Both the position numbers and the translations under genes were made by a program. From contig CAWHVC010000005.1 of NCBI GenBank assembly GCA_963832745.1, positions 288,001 through 352,000 on the forward strand: a stretch of DNA of 64,000 nt, read 5' to 3'. Position 1 is the first letter of the stretch. Each line of letters begins with the position of its first letter. Under the pieces are notes generated by a model. That model ran no database searches. It was not told the origin of the DNA and saw only the letters and a program-made list of their open reading frames with translations. Source of the DNA: Candidatus Bathyarchaeota archaeon. Lineage in GTDB: Archaea; Thermoproteota; Bathyarchaeia; Bathyarchaeales; Bathycorpusculaceae. Shown here in pieces: positions 1 through 10,381 of the stretch.

Positions 1-1443
1 CAGAATTGAAGCTAAGTAAGGCATGAACACGTATGGTCGAACTGACATTTTCTTTTCTTTTTCAGTTTCATGTGTCAGGTTGTTGAATCTTGCAAGGGAT
101 TCAATCATGGTAATTGTTCCGCCGCCCACGTCGATGGTTTCAACGAGTAGGAACATGTTTAGTTGTACCATCCAGCTTTTTGTGCGCTTCAAAAAGTCCA
201 TGATGACTTTTTTTATTGGTATACCCCAAGAAATTTCTGAGCTGATTTTTCTTAGCTCTTTGCTAAAGGTGCCGTAATCTTTGTTGGATAAGCTTTCGAT
301 GCATTTTTCTGGTGAAAGCCCAGTTTTTCTGACTTCTGTTAGGTCTCGTAGGAAGTTGTTGATGCCGGTTTCCATGCTGTTTTTGTGTGTCTGTAGTTTC
401 ATTGCAATTAATGCTGCTGGTGCGGTAGAGATTATTAGGCCGATAGATATCGCAACAGGCAAGTCAATGATTGTTTGAAGGCTTGTGATGAATGGAATGG
501 ATATTAAGCCCATGAAGTTTGTAAGCACCAGAAAAACTATTACTGCTACCACTGCACTAATGCCATAGACTTTGTATGGGCGCATTTCTGAAACTGGCGA
601 TTTTGGCTGCATATTATGAGCTAACCAGATGAACATGCCTGACAGTAGAGGCGTGAAAAGGTAAGTGTACATTATCATGCCTGAAACGTCTTGTGTTGCG
701 CCTGGTTGAATAGAGTTAACGCTGAAGAGAATGTAGAAGCAAAGCGACATCATGACTTGAACGATAATGAAAGTTTCCATTAACATGCCGAGACGTTCAG
801 CTGCTGCTTTGACTCTTGATGCGCGTTCTTTGAAGATGTCTTCTGCTTTTCTTTCAAGGAAATGACCGATGTCTCCGCCGATAATGACCGTTGAAGCGTA
901 ACCGGCAAGGAACTCTTTGAATATGTCTAATGGGTTTTCTTTTGCAGCTTTTTCTAAAGCAGATAATGGGTCAATGCCGAAGATTTCTACGTCTTTTATA
1001 ATTTCTCGTGCTTCGCTTTTCATTGCAGGCATTAAATCGACTTCGGATAACCGTTTAAAACTTGTATAAGGCGCGATACCACCTGAAGCCATAACGCTAA
1101 TGTAAGATGCAACGAAAGGCATTTCCCGTTCCAGATTGGCGCCTCTATCGCTGGCTTTTGACATGGGTGCAAGCAGAAAACCAGCCATCACATAGAGCGG
1201 CAATGGAATTAGGAAGATTATTGGCATAAAGCCGAAGAAGGCAACTATGAAAACCGAAATAACTGAGGCAGGTACGGTTAGCAATGCTATAAAAAGCATT
1301 AAGGAAACGTATGTTTCAGGGTAAATTTTGATTCTTGCCTTGTTTAATGTAGTTTTGAATTGGTAAATGTTTTTAAGAAATTTAGGAGCTATACCGCCGA
1401 AAAGGCGAAATGATAAAGCCTCAAGCGTTTTTAGAAGCGGCAA
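1..1443 (-). CDS. Type II secretion/type IV pilus platform membrane protein (TadB/TadC/FlaJ-like, two T2SSF domains); 3' end runs off window
   Basis: Not in the ORF track. Manual translation from TTG at 1443 gives MPLLKTLEALSFRLFGG...LEREMPFVASYISVMASGG...FLRDLTEVRKTGLSPEKCIE...LLVETIDVGGG, open to position 1. Overlaps the ATPase stop. Confidence 0.85.
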   Translation of the reverse strand, partial: MPLLKTLEALSFRLFGGIAPKFLKNIYQFKTTLNKARIKIYPETYVSLMLFIALLTVPASVISVFIVAFFGFMPIIFLIPLPLYVMAGFLLAPMSKASDRGANLEREMPFVASYISVMASGGIAPYTSFKRLSEVDLMPAMKSEAREIIKDVEIFGIDPLSALEKAAKENPLDIFKEFLAGYASTVIIGGDIGHFLERKAEDIFKERASRVKAAAERLGMLMETFIIVQVMMSLCFYILFSVNSIQPGATQDVSGMIMYTYLFTPLLSGMFIWLAHNMQPKSPVSEMRPYKVYGISAVVAVIVFLVLTNFMGLISIPFITSLQTIIDLPVAISIGLIISTAPAALIAMKLQTHKNSMETGINNFLRDLTEVRKTGLSPEKCIESLSNKDYGTFSKELRKISSEISWGIPIKKVIMDFLKRTKSWMVQLNMFLLVETIDVGGGTITMIESLARFNNLTHETEKEKKMSVRPYVFMPYLASIL

Positions 1444-3085
1444 CTGGCTTGGCCTCCTCTGCAGCTATAATTTTGTCGTAGTAACCTTTTGGTCTTGAAT
1501 AGTACTCGGCGATTACTGTTGAAACTTCTTTGTAGCTGCGTATGTTCTTTGAACGCATCCATTTTAGCACGTTTTTGCGTCTTTGTATTTCTTCAATTAC
1601 GTCTTCTTTTATTTGGCCTTGTCGTTCTGCGAATATTTTGAGTAATTCGCTCTTGTCAAAATCAATTTCTTGTACGTCTTTAGTGGGGTTCCACTTGATT
1701 GGTGTACGGTAGTTATCAAAATCAACTATTTCGTTAACGTTTAAGACTCGTCTGAAAGCTTTCTTTTCGCCATTTTTAATTAGGTGGACTCGTTGAACGG
1801 ACATGACAATGTTCATTAATGGTATGTAAGCGGGTGAAATTTCCATTGGTTTCTGAGTTAAACGTTTGACTGCTGAGTCCAGTCCTTCAGCGTGCATTGT
1901 TGCCATACCGCCGTGACCAGTTGCTAAAGCTTGGAACAAGACATATGCTTCTTGGCCTCTGATTTCACCTACGATCAACATGTCAGGGCGGTGTCTCATT
2001 GAAGTTTTTACCAAGTCAAAAAGTGCTACTTCACCGACGCTGCTGCCGCCTAAACCGTAGCTTTGCCGGGCAATTAATGAAACCCAGTTTTCATGTGAAA
2101 GGTTCAACTCTGCGGTTTCTTCGATGGTGATAATTTTGTTTCCCGGTTTGATCAGGCATGCTAACGCGTTTAAAGCGGTGGTTTTGCCGGCTGCTGTGCC
2201 ACCTAAAACCATGATTGAAGCACGGTTTTCCAGAGCCACCCATAAGTAAGCAGCCATTTCTTCGCTGAATGTTCCAATGTTAATTAAGTCAATTATTGAG
2301 TAAGGGTCTTCTCTGAATTTTCTGATTGTAAATGCTGTTCCGAACGGTGTGATTTCTCGCCTGTAGGCTACTGCGAGTCTGTGTTTTCCGGGCAGTGAAG
2401 CGTCGACGATTGGAAAGGCGCTGCTGACGTGTTTTCCTGCCATGTGTACGAGTTTTACGACCATGTTGTCGAGGATTTCGTCACTTTCAAGTTGCAGGTT
2501 TGTTTCTATTGACTCGAAATTGCGGTGCCAAATGTAGACTGGCTTGTTTACACCGTCGCAACTGATATCTTCTATGTTGGGGTCACGCATCAGGGAATCG
2601 ATTTTTCCGAAACCGACCAAGTCTCGTTCTGCGTGGTACAAGATTTTGTACCATGAAACATCAGGTAGCCATCCGAGACTGATTCGGTATTTATCCACGA
2701 TTTTTTTAGCTTCTTCTGCGAAAAATTTTCGTGGGTCAGCGATTTCTTCTTTAGGTGATTCGATTTCTGCGAGTAAAATTTCAAGGATTCTGTTGTAGAC
2801 GCCTCTTTCTAGTGGGTTTAGTTGTAGTTCGTCGAGTATGTATTTGTATTCGCCTGTTTTGGGGTTTTGGACGATTACTACGTGTGAGAAAGGTTCGTAT
2901 AATGGGTATTTGTCGATGACTTTTAGTCCCTTTGGTAATAATTTTGTGTCTGGTGCAGGTGATAGCTCTTCTGCCTGCTTGGTTTTTTTGAAGTTAATTT
3001 TGATTTTTTTGAGACCTGTGAATGATTGTTTTAGGCTCAAGGGGGACAAATCTTCTGTACTCTCCGAATAGTAGCGTTGGAGCAA
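1421..3085 (-). CDS. Type II/IV secretion system ATPase (FlaI/TadA/VirB11 family)
   Basis: Walker A GGTAAGKTT, IEETAEL, MRHRPD..VGEIRGQEA, TGHGGMATMHA. True start is probably slightly downstream. Confidence 0.92.
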   Translation of the reverse strand: MLQRYYSESTEDLSPLSLKQSFTGLKKIKINFKKTKQAEELSPAPDTKLLPKGLKVIDKYPLYEPFSHVVIVQNPKTGEYKYILDELQLNPLERGVYNRILEILLAEIESPKEEIADPRKFFAEEAKKIVDKYRISLGWLPDVSWYKILYHAERDLVGFGKIDSLMRDPNIEDISCDGVNKPVYIWHRNFESIETNLQLESDEILDNMVVKLVHMAGKHVSSAFPIVDASLPGKHRLAVAYRREITPFGTAFTIRKFREDPYSIIDLINIGTFSEEMAAYLWVALENRASIMVLGGTAAGKTTALNALACLIKPGNKIITIEETAELNLSHENWVSLIARQSYGLGGSSVGEVALFDLVKTSMRHRPDMLIVGEIRGQEAYVLFQALATGHGGMATMHAEGLDSAVKRLTQKPMEISPAYIPLMNIVMSVQRVHLIKNGEKKAFRRVLNVNEIVDFDNYRTPIKWNPTKDVQEIDFDKSELLKIFAERQGQIKEDVIEEIQRRKNVLKWMRSKNIRSYKEVSTVIAEYYSRPKGYYDKIIAAEEAKPVAASKNA

Positions 3086-3172
3086 GTATTAATTAAATAT
3101 TACGTCTTAATACGCTATATTGCTGATAAGTACAACAGATAAACAAAACAACACAAATACACAATAAAAAAT

Positions 3173-3778
3173 TTAGAAATCCGCCAAAAACGGATTAGAA
3201 CGCTTTTCCCGACCCATTAAAGAAATCCCGCCATGACCGGGATAAACAATCAAACCATCAGGTAAACCCAACAGTTTCTTCAAAGTTACACTCATATCCT
3301 TTGGCGAGCTTTCCACAAAATCAGTCCGCCCAATACTGCCCGCAAACAGGGTGTCCCCTGAAAATACAAGTTTATCGCCAACAAGACATATGCAGCCCAT
3401 TGTATGCCCTGGTGTATGCATGACTTTTAGATTTGCATTTCCGAATTTTATTATGTCCCCGTCTTTGAGCAGAACATCGTTTTTCGAGTCATGATTTTCT
3501 AGGTTTTCCAGAAATGAGGCGTCAAATTCGTGGATGCATATGGGGGCTTCATATTTTTTCTGCATTATTGCGTCGCCATTTATGTGGTCGGAGTGCCCGT
3601 GAGTGTTTACGATGAATTTGATTTTGAGTTTTTCCTTATTTATGTAATTGAAGATTGGTTGTGCTTCGGCGACAAAGTCCAGTCCTGGGTCGATTATGAT
3701 TGCTTCTTTTGTTTCTGTGCAGTTTGCAATGTAGCAGTTGGTTGAGAGCATGCCTACGGTAAAGGTTTCAACTTGCAT
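3173..3778 (-). CDS. MBL-fold metallo-hydrolase (glyoxalase II-like)
   Basis: THGHSDH, HTPGHT, FSGDTLF, YPGHG motifs; start placed at MQVETF. Confidence 0.9.
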   Translation of the reverse strand: MQVETFTVGMLSTNCYIANCTETKEAIIIDPGLDFVAEAQPIFNYINKEKLKIKFIVNTHGHSDHINGDAIMQKKYEAPICIHEFDASFLENLENHDSKNDVLLKDGDIIKFGNANLKVMHTPGHTMGCICLVGDKLVFSGDTLFAGSIGRTDFVESSPKDMSVTLKKLLGLPDGLIVYPGHGGISLMGREKRSNPFLADF

Positions 3779-3909
3779 AGAGTCCACTGGGAAAGATTGG
3801 TGAAGCAAAAATAAAGTGTTTTCTTTTTTTACAATTGTTGGTGTGTTGTGCAGGCAGACAATAATGTTTATTACGTCTTAATTTACAATACATGTTATAG
3901 GTACGGCAC

Positions 3910-4137
3910 ATGAAACTTCAAATCATGCTCGGGTTTATCGCTATGTTTGCAGTAATCTCCTACCTAATTCCGACTCCCATGTTTCCAGGAAACTATGTAT
4001 GCGGCGGCATCGGCAAAGCAGCCCAATTTGTTGAACAAAATCTTCAGATTTTTAGCTCCTTGTTTAACGGTTTGTTTTATGGGGGAATAATGGGGTTAAT
4101 CTTTTTTGGAGCAAGCCGAAAAATCAAAAATTTATAG
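3910..4137 (+). CDS. Small hypothetical membrane protein
   Basis: 75 aa with two hydrophobic segments; fills an intergenic gap. Confidence 0.6.
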   Translation: MKLQIMLGFIAMFAVISYLIPTPMFPGNYVCGGIGKAAQFVEQNLQIFSSLFNGLFYGGIMGLIFFGASRKIKNL

Positions 4138-4151
4138 AAAATACGTGCCAA

Positions 4152-4388
4152 TTAGGCCTCAGAATTAAAACCGGTAAGCCTAATGGTGCTCTCACATTTA
4201 CCGCAGGTTATAACAAGTTCAACTAACTCATCATTTTGAACTTTAGTATCAACGATTTGATAGTTATCCTCTGATTCATCTTCAGGCGAAATTGCCAAAC
4301 CACATTTAGGACACTTAAACGAACCGTCACCTTCAACCTGCGCCAAATCAATAAGGAAGGACTCCTTGTCGGTTGGTTTCTTCATCAT
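4152..4388 (-). CDS. Small zinc-ribbon (CPxCG) protein
   Basis: CPKCG...CGKC; upstream AGGAG RBS. Confidence 0.75.
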   Translation of the reverse strand: MMKKPTDKESFLIDLAQVEGDGSFKCPKCGLAISPEDESEDNYQIVDTKVQNDELVELVITCGKCESTIRLTGFNSEA

Positions 4389-4538
4389 ACATTTTGTCTC
4401 CTTTTAAATTGTTTCGATTTTTTGTTTATTAATAGTTATGAAGTTTTACTCAGTAATTCATTCCTTTTAAGATTTCACCCAAATTGAGGTAAAATATTTC
4501 TAAGGGAAAAAATGGAAAAAATTTTTTCCAGAGAAATA

Positions 4539-6419
4539 TTATTCAAATTGTTCTGGCGAAATGTAGTCGCCGTATTTTTCTTTAGCTTCCAGCAATCGTT
4601 CGCGTTGCATGTAGAGTTGACCGAACATTTCCAGTGGTATGTCTGTGACGTTTTCTTGGTAGAATTTAGAAACGCGTTCGATTTTTGCAAGGTTTTCAGG
4701 TATGCGTGTGGTGAATTGTTTAATGTAGTCTTCTTTTGCGTAGTCTTTGCCTAGTACTTCTTTGAAGAGTTTCTTTAGATCATCATATTTTGGTATGCAG
4801 CCTGTTGGAGTCTTTATTACGTCAACTTCATTGTGTACTCGTAGCTCCATCCATTTAACCCAGACGTGCTTATCCCGTGAACTGTTAAGGTATTTACCGT
4901 CTTCAACTCCACGCAAGAAATAGTTCACGCCAAAGACTATTGGCTGCTTCTTAAGTTTACGTCCAAACTCCAAGTTGTTGCTAACGTTTTTGCCAAGCGG
5001 AATTGAAATGAAGTCTTGAATGCTCATCATGTTGATTTCTGGAACGCCTTCCTTGCCGATTGTTGCAAAAGTTGTTTCAGTTTCCAAGGATGCACCGTAT
5101 GCGATGATTCCGTGTTCCCAACTGTAGCTTTGCTGAACTGGAACGTAAGCTTTTGCGTCTCGTCCACCGTACATGATGCCGCCGAGTTCAACACCGTTGG
5201 GATTGTTAAGTTCAGGGTCAACATTTTCCAATGCAGTCAAGGCTACTGCGTAACGTGCATTTTTGTGTGCTGCTGGAACTTCAGCGCCTGTTTCATCCTT
5301 TTTGCCTTCGTACCATTGACCGGTAAAGTTTAAACCGTCTTTTGGCAGTTCTTTACCCATGCCCAGCCAGTATGGTTTACCATCTTTGACTAGGATGTTA
5401 GAGAATACTACTTCCCCGGGTGAGTTTAGAACCTTCCAGATTAGGGCGTCATCTTTTTCTTTAACGTCTTGTATGATGCCGAAGATACCGCTTTCAACAT
5501 TAACGGCACGTGCAGCATCGTTGATTTCGCGGATGTAAGCGATGTCGTCGCCAAGGATGGTTTCGCCTTGAAGCATGGCTGTTGATGTTTTACCGCATGC
5601 ACTTGGGAATGCGCCTGCAAAGTAGGTTTTACGTTTGTTTGGACCATAAACGCCCATGAGCAGCATGTGTTCTGCTAGCCAGCCTTCACTGCTTGCTTTG
5701 CGGATTGCAAGGCGGAAAGCAAGTTTTTTGAAGCCGACACTATTGCCCGCGTATTGTGTGTTTACGCTGTATATGGTATTGTCCATGTGGTCAATGTAGA
5801 TGCGTTTTTTGTTTGGTTCTGCGCTGACCATTTCCTCGGTTAAGTTACCTGCTGAATGCAATACTCGTAGGAAATCGCTTTTTGGTCCAGCTTTTACGAA
5901 TTGATCATAACCTGCCCTGTAAAGCAAATCTTCGGTGTGAGCAACATACCATGAGTCAGTGCACTGTAAACCTAAAATTGTAAAAACTGAATCCCTTGGC
6001 CCCAGAGAAATGAAGCGGACAATCATGGTTTTGCCAATCATTAAGTCTCTGAGTTCGCCACGGACTTCAGTTAAACCTTCCTGCCTGTCAATTTGGTTAA
6101 GCGCTTTGCTTAAAGAAACGCCTCTAGGCACGAGGTATTTGGTATTTTGGCGGTCTCGACCTTGGTCTTTTTCGCCGTCAAAGTGCACTGTTTGTCCTTG
6201 AAGGGTAAGGATTGCTTGTTCTTCACCTGTTGCGACTGCTTGCTTTCGGACAAACGCAATGTCTTCGGCTGAATCGCTGCAGATAAAGATTTTTTCTGGG
6301 TGGCAAAGGTCGTTGGCTTTTGCGATGAATTCATGGACGTTTGGGTTATCGATTGCTGATAGTTTCTCGAAGTCTTTTTGGCTAAGTTTAGGTTGAAGTG
6401 CTTCTAGATAGGGATTCAT
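4539..6419 (-). CDS. pckG: Phosphoenolpyruvate carboxykinase (GTP)
   Basis: YAGNSVGFKK, WLAEHM, GAFPSACGKTSTAM, GDDIAYI motifs. Confidence 0.95.
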   Translation of the reverse strand: MNPYLEALQPKLSQKDFEKLSAIDNPNVHEFIAKANDLCHPEKIFICSDSAEDIAFVRKQAVATGEEQAILTLQGQTVHFDGEKDQGRDRQNTKYLVPRGVSLSKALNQIDRQEGLTEVRGELRDLMIGKTMIVRFISLGPRDSVFTILGLQCTDSWYVAHTEDLLYRAGYDQFVKAGPKSDFLRVLHSAGNLTEEMVSAEPNKKRIYIDHMDNTIYSVNTQYAGNSVGFKKLAFRLAIRKASSEGWLAEHMLLMGVYGPNKRKTYFAGAFPSACGKTSTAMLQGETILGDDIAYIREINDAARAVNVESGIFGIIQDVKEKDDALIWKVLNSPGEVVFSNILVKDGKPYWLGMGKELPKDGLNFTGQWYEGKKDETGAEVPAAHKNARYAVALTALENVDPELNNPNGVELGGIMYGGRDAKAYVPVQQSYSWEHGIIAYGASLETETTFATIGKEGVPEINMMSIQDFISIPLGKNVSNNLEFGRKLKKQPIVFGVNYFLRGVEDGKYLNSSRDKHVWVKWMELRVHNEVDVIKTPTGCIPKYDDLKKLFKEVLGKDYAKEDYIKQFTTRIPENLAKIERVSKFYQENVTDIPLEMFGQLYMQRERLLEAKEKYGDYISPEQFE

Positions 6420-6437
6420 AATGTTTTATCCTCGAAC

Positions 6438-7421
6438 TTATAATTCATGTACTGTTCCGGGTACCCTTGGAAATGGCTGGCACTCAGCGATATGTTTTAC
6501 GCCTGTAACCCATCCAACTAAACGTTCAATGCCGATACCTGCACCTGCTGTCGGTTTTAAGCGTCCTTCTTTAGCCATCTTGATGATTAATGCATAGTTT
6601 TCCTTTTTGACTTGGTCCCGTTCAATCTTTTTGGTGATTTTGTCATACTCATGTTCACGTTTAGCGCCTGAGAGGATTTCTCCAAATTGCGGCATGAACA
6701 AGTCATAGTTATCCCATTTGCCCGTCGCGAAATCCTCAAAATCGTAAAATTCGCGTGGAATGTTTGTTACCCAAACTGGTTGAGTAATGTCTGAAGCTAA
6801 ATCTGCTTCCCATGTTGCGCCGTATTTGGCTTCAAGGTCCTCGCGGTCAAGAATTTTGAACGGAGAATCTAAACTTGGGAGGGCGTCAAAACGACAAATG
6901 GTTGTTAAATCGTCTTTCATGTTTTTCTTTAAGTCTTTAATTAAGGTGCAAAGGGCTTCTTCAACAAGTGAGAAAACGTCTTTTGAAGTGGCGTTTCGGG
7001 CTTCAAAGTCGAGTTGTGTGAATTCGTAGATGTGTTTGCCGGTTTTTCCGCGTTCTGATTTTTCGATGCGGATGTTTGGTGAGAGAATGAAAAGTTTGGG
7101 GTAAGCAGTTGAGGCTGCGACTAATTTGTGGATAATCATGCTGGCCATTGTGCGGACTGGTTTTCCGTAGATGTCCACTTCTATTCTTTTTTCGATTGAT
7201 GCTCCGGGGTCTGGCCAGAGTGGGTCGGTGCTTTGGCTTAAGGCTACTGGTAGGAGCCATTGGAAGCCCTTATTGACGTATGTCGTTGTTAAGCTGCCTA
7301 GGGTGTATGTTACTATTCTGCCTATGCAGGCTTTCCTTTCGATTTCTTGTGCCGTTAGTTGGTCTAACGGTTTTGGCGGGTCTATTGTTTGAACGCATGT
7401 TTTTGATGTTTCTGATTTCAA
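6438..7421 (-). CDS. asnA: Archaeal asparagine synthetase A (AsnRS/AspRS catalytic-domain paralogue)
   Basis: TDPLWPDP, SPNIRIE, EFTQLDFE, EILSGAKRE, GAGIGIERL; no anticodon-binding domain. Confidence 0.88.
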   Translation of the reverse strand: MKSETSKTCVQTIDPPKPLDQLTAQEIERKACIGRIVTYTLGSLTTTYVNKGFQWLLPVALSQSTDPLWPDPGASIEKRIEVDIYGKPVRTMASMIIHKLVAASTAYPKLFILSPNIRIEKSERGKTGKHIYEFTQLDFEARNATSKDVFSLVEEALCTLIKDLKKNMKDDLTTICRFDALPSLDSPFKILDREDLEAKYGATWEADLASDITQPVWVTNIPREFYDFEDFATGKWDNYDLFMPQFGEILSGAKREHEYDKITKKIERDQVKKENYALIIKMAKEGRLKPTAGAGIGIERLVGWVTGVKHIAECQPFPRVPGTVHEL

Positions 7422-7476
7422 GGTTGTTCACTTGGTTAATTTTAACTGTTTATGAATACTGCAATGGAGATAATAA

Positions 7477-7515
7477 ATTTTTTATAATAAAAAATGGGTT
7501 ATTTACAATAAAAAA
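7477..7515. promoter_or_regulatory. Candidate Lrp/AsnC operator(s) in the divergent asnA-lrp intergenic region
   Basis: Perfect 9-1-9 inverted repeat ATTTTTTAT-A-ATAAAAAAT (7477-7495), then a related TTATTTACAATAA. AT-rich, so chance occurrence is possible. Confidence 0.4.
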
Positions 7516-7549
7516 GGGTTTTTATACTTGAAAACTGTAATATTTACAT

Positions 7550-8071
7550 ATGAGCATTAAACTTGACGACAAAGACATCGCCATCCTGCTGCTAATCCAA
7601 GAAAACAGCAAACTAACAGCCAACCAAATAGCCAAAAAAACCAGCACACCAATAACCACCGTTTTTGCAAAAATAAAACGCATGGAAGAACTAGGCATAA
7701 TCAAACAATACCGCGCCATCCTTGCCCCAGAAAAACTAAACCTTGGAACCGCAGCTTTCATCCTCGCTGCCGTGTCGTACGGAAACAAAGCAGACGGAAC
7801 ACCAATCACTCAACGTGACGTAGCTGAAGAAATCGCTCGGCTCTCAGACGTTCAAGAAGTTCATATAATCACGGGCGATTGGGACTTGCTGGTTAAAGTG
7901 CGGGCTGAAAGCGTTGATGCTATCGGCAAATTCGTCGTTGACAAGCTAAGGCGGATTAACGGGTTGCAGAAAACTTTGACATGTATGGTTTTTGAAACCG
8001 TAAAAGAAACAACCAGTCTACCAAGAGTTAACAAAAAGAGAACGTCAGAAAAACCTCAAGCGGTTGAATAA
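7550..8071 (+). CDS. Lrp/AsnC family transcriptional regulator
   Basis: LDDKDIAIL...HTH...KRMEELGII; C-terminal RAM domain ITGDWDLLVKV. Confidence 0.92.
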   Translation: MSIKLDDKDIAILLLIQENSKLTANQIAKKTSTPITTVFAKIKRMEELGIIKQYRAILAPEKLNLGTAAFILAAVSYGNKADGTPITQRDVAEEIARLSDVQEVHIITGDWDLLVKVRAESVDAIGKFVVDKLRRINGLQKTLTCMVFETVKETTSLPRVNKKRTSEKPQAVE

Positions 8072-8481
8072 TACAACAAAGGTAACGCTAAAAGAACCGT
8101 GTTTTTTCCCTTAGGAGAAAGCGTATACTCCACGCGCAAGGGTGGTCCTGTTTGAACGTTACGTTCAATATAACCGTACTTTTGAAGCAACTTTAACTTA
8201 TCTGAAAGGGTTCGTGAGTTCACACCTAAGACCTTTTTTAGGCCACCAAACCCGCTTGTTTTCTTTAGAAGAAGTGTGTAGAGTATTTCAAGGCTCCATT
8301 TCTGGACTAACACGTTAAAGTTTTCCTGTAAGCTACCAAGTTCGTCTTTGACTTCTTGAGGCGTAATTTTTTGTTTTTCCATTATTGCTGAGAATGTTTG
8401 TTCAATGCCATGGAGTGTTCGGTCCATTTGGGCTTCGACTAGTTTGCGAAATTCTGCGCTTAAAGTTAAAGGGGCACTCAT
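8056..8481 (-). CDS. HxlR-family winged-helix regulator
   Basis: KWSLEIL...NSRTLSDKLK...PPLRVEYTLSPKG. Confidence 0.88.
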   Translation of the reverse strand: MSAPLTLSAEFRKLVEAQMDRTLHGIEQTFSAIMEKQKITPQEVKDELGSLQENFNVLVQKWSLEILYTLLLKKTSGFGGLKKVLGVNSRTLSDKLKLLQKYGYIERNVQTGPPLRVEYTLSPKGKNTVLLALPLLYYSTA

Positions 8482-8596
8482 GTAAGATTACACTCGGTGT
8501 ACTTTGGCTTACTTCCTAATTTATTAAGGCTTTAGGCTTTACTAATAAAACATAGTATACAAAATACATCACTTAAGGTTTACGGAGAGAGCAAAC

Positions 8597-9958
8597 ATGG
8601 AAAAGTTTGACGCAATAGTAGTAGGATCAGGAACAGCAGGCTGCCTCGCAGCAAAAACAATCGCTGAATCCGGCCTAAAAGTATGCATAGTGGAAAAAAG
8701 TAAGCGTGAGGACATAGGCGAAAAAATCTGCGGAGACGCCCTAGGCGAACACCACCTCACATTTTTGGGGCTTGAAAAACCCAACGGTGGCGAATTAGAA
8801 GCAAAAATCGACGGCATGAAAATCTATTCACCAGACGAAAACACTGTCTTCACCATCGCAGACAAAGACTTTAAAGGCTTCATCCTTAACAGGCGCCTAT
8901 TCGGTCAATGGCTACTCAAGAAAGCAACCGATAACGGAACAGTCTTGAAGGACACCACGAATTTCCGTTCACCTATAATCGAGAAAGGTGCCGTTGTAGG
9001 CATAACAGCCAAGAACATGAAGACCGGTGAAGTCTCCGAGATGCGCAGTAAAGTCGTCGTTGATGCATCGGGCTATTTTGCTATGGTACGCAAGCAGCTC
9101 CCAACCGAGTTAGGCATAGATCGTGATATAGCTAAAGAAGATGTTGAAGCATGTTACCGTGAAATTCGTCAACTTAAGCAAGAATCAGATAACACTCGAT
9201 ACTGCGAAATTTACTTAAATCAGAAAGCATCACCAGGCGGTTACATCTGGATTTTCCCTAAAGGCGGTGCACGTGTAAACGTCGGGATCGGCGCTTGCAT
9301 GCGTCCAAACTATCCTAACCCCAAAGAACAACTCTACAAAACCGCCTTCAAGAAGCCAATGTTCGACGGTTCACTGTTATTAACAGGCGGGGCATGGTTT
9401 GATCCCGTCCGAAGACCACTTGATAACATGGTTGGCAACGGAGTTGTCATAGTCGGCGACGCAGCATCCTTAGTTAATCCAATTCATGGCGGCGGCATCG
9501 GTCCCTCAATGCTCAGTGGACATTTTGCAGGCAAACAAATCATTGAAGCCCTCGGTAAAGGTGAACCAACTAAAGAGGCGCTGTGGGGTTACAACAAGAA
9601 ATACATTGATACTTACGGCAAGAAACAAGGAGCATTGGACATTTTCAAGCTGTTCCTGCTCTCATGCAGCGATGAAGACTTAAACTATGGCATGAACCAG
9701 AAACTCATGACTGAAGACGACGTACTTAAAGCAGGCATGGGCGACGATTTCCACTTAAACATTACCGAAACCGCAAAACGTGTATTCAAAGGCATACGAC
9801 GCATAAGCTTCCTCAACAAGCTACACTCAACTGTCAGTATGATGAAAGAGCTCGGTGCACACTACAACACATACCCGTCAACTCCAGTCGGCTTTGAAGC
9901 GTGGAGAGACCAAACAGTCGACATCCTCGGGCAAGCCAAAAAGAAACTCGTCGAATAA
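8597..9958 (+). CDS. Geranylgeranyl reductase family (digeranylgeranylglycerophospholipid reductase-like)
   Basis: GSGTAG FAD motif, KICGD, PGGYIWIFPKG, GDAA..NPIHGGGI. Confidence 0.9.
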   Translation: MEKFDAIVVGSGTAGCLAAKTIAESGLKVCIVEKSKREDIGEKICGDALGEHHLTFLGLEKPNGGELEAKIDGMKIYSPDENTVFTIADKDFKGFILNRRLFGQWLLKKATDNGTVLKDTTNFRSPIIEKGAVVGITAKNMKTGEVSEMRSKVVVDASGYFAMVRKQLPTELGIDRDIAKEDVEACYREIRQLKQESDNTRYCEIYLNQKASPGGYIWIFPKGGARVNVGIGACMRPNYPNPKEQLYKTAFKKPMFDGSLLLTGGAWFDPVRRPLDNMVGNGVVIVGDAASLVNPIHGGGIGPSMLSGHFAGKQIIEALGKGEPTKEALWGYNKKYIDTYGKKQGALDIFKLFLLSCSDEDLNYGMNQKLMTEDDVLKAGMGDDFHLNITETAKRVFKGIRRISFLNKLHSTVSMMKELGAHYNTYPSTPVGFEAWRDQTVDILGQAKKKLVE

Positions 9959-10042
9959 TTATGTTAAGCGGTTTTTACGCCGCTTTAAAATTTTTATTTT
10001 TTATCTAACGCCAAAATTAACATAAAAAAAGATGCAAAAATT

Positions 10043-10366
10043 TTATCGCACCATGCGATGGTTTTCTTGTGAACTCATTGAACGCCTATACGCGGTTTGC
10101 TTCTGCATTTGTTTGTATTCTTCATAGGTAATGTTGCTGTGTGGGTAAAGCTTCTTGAACCGCCGGTACGGCAGACGCATATCAAGTTCCATCTGTTGAC
10201 TAAACTGGCCAGGCACATAACGTTGGTGTATTGGGGCGGTTTGGTACTTGCTCGGGGCGGCTTTTGTTCTGCTTCTGGATGAATTTAGGATCATTAAAGC
10301 AATGATTATTGCGATTACCCCAATGAAGAGAAGGGGTATGATGGCAATAATTGGGATTGCTGCCAA
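10043..10366 (-). CDS. Hypothetical single-pass membrane protein in the SPFH operon
   Basis: N-terminal transmembrane helix; directly downstream of the SPFH gene. Confidence 0.65.
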   Translation of the reverse strand: MAAIPIIAIIPLLFIGVIAIIIALMILNSSRSRTKAAPSKYQTAPIHQRYVPGQFSQQMELDMRLPYRRFKKLYPHSNITYEEYKQMQKQTAYRRSMSSQENHRMVR

Positions 10367-10381
10367 GGTTTAGATCCCCTA

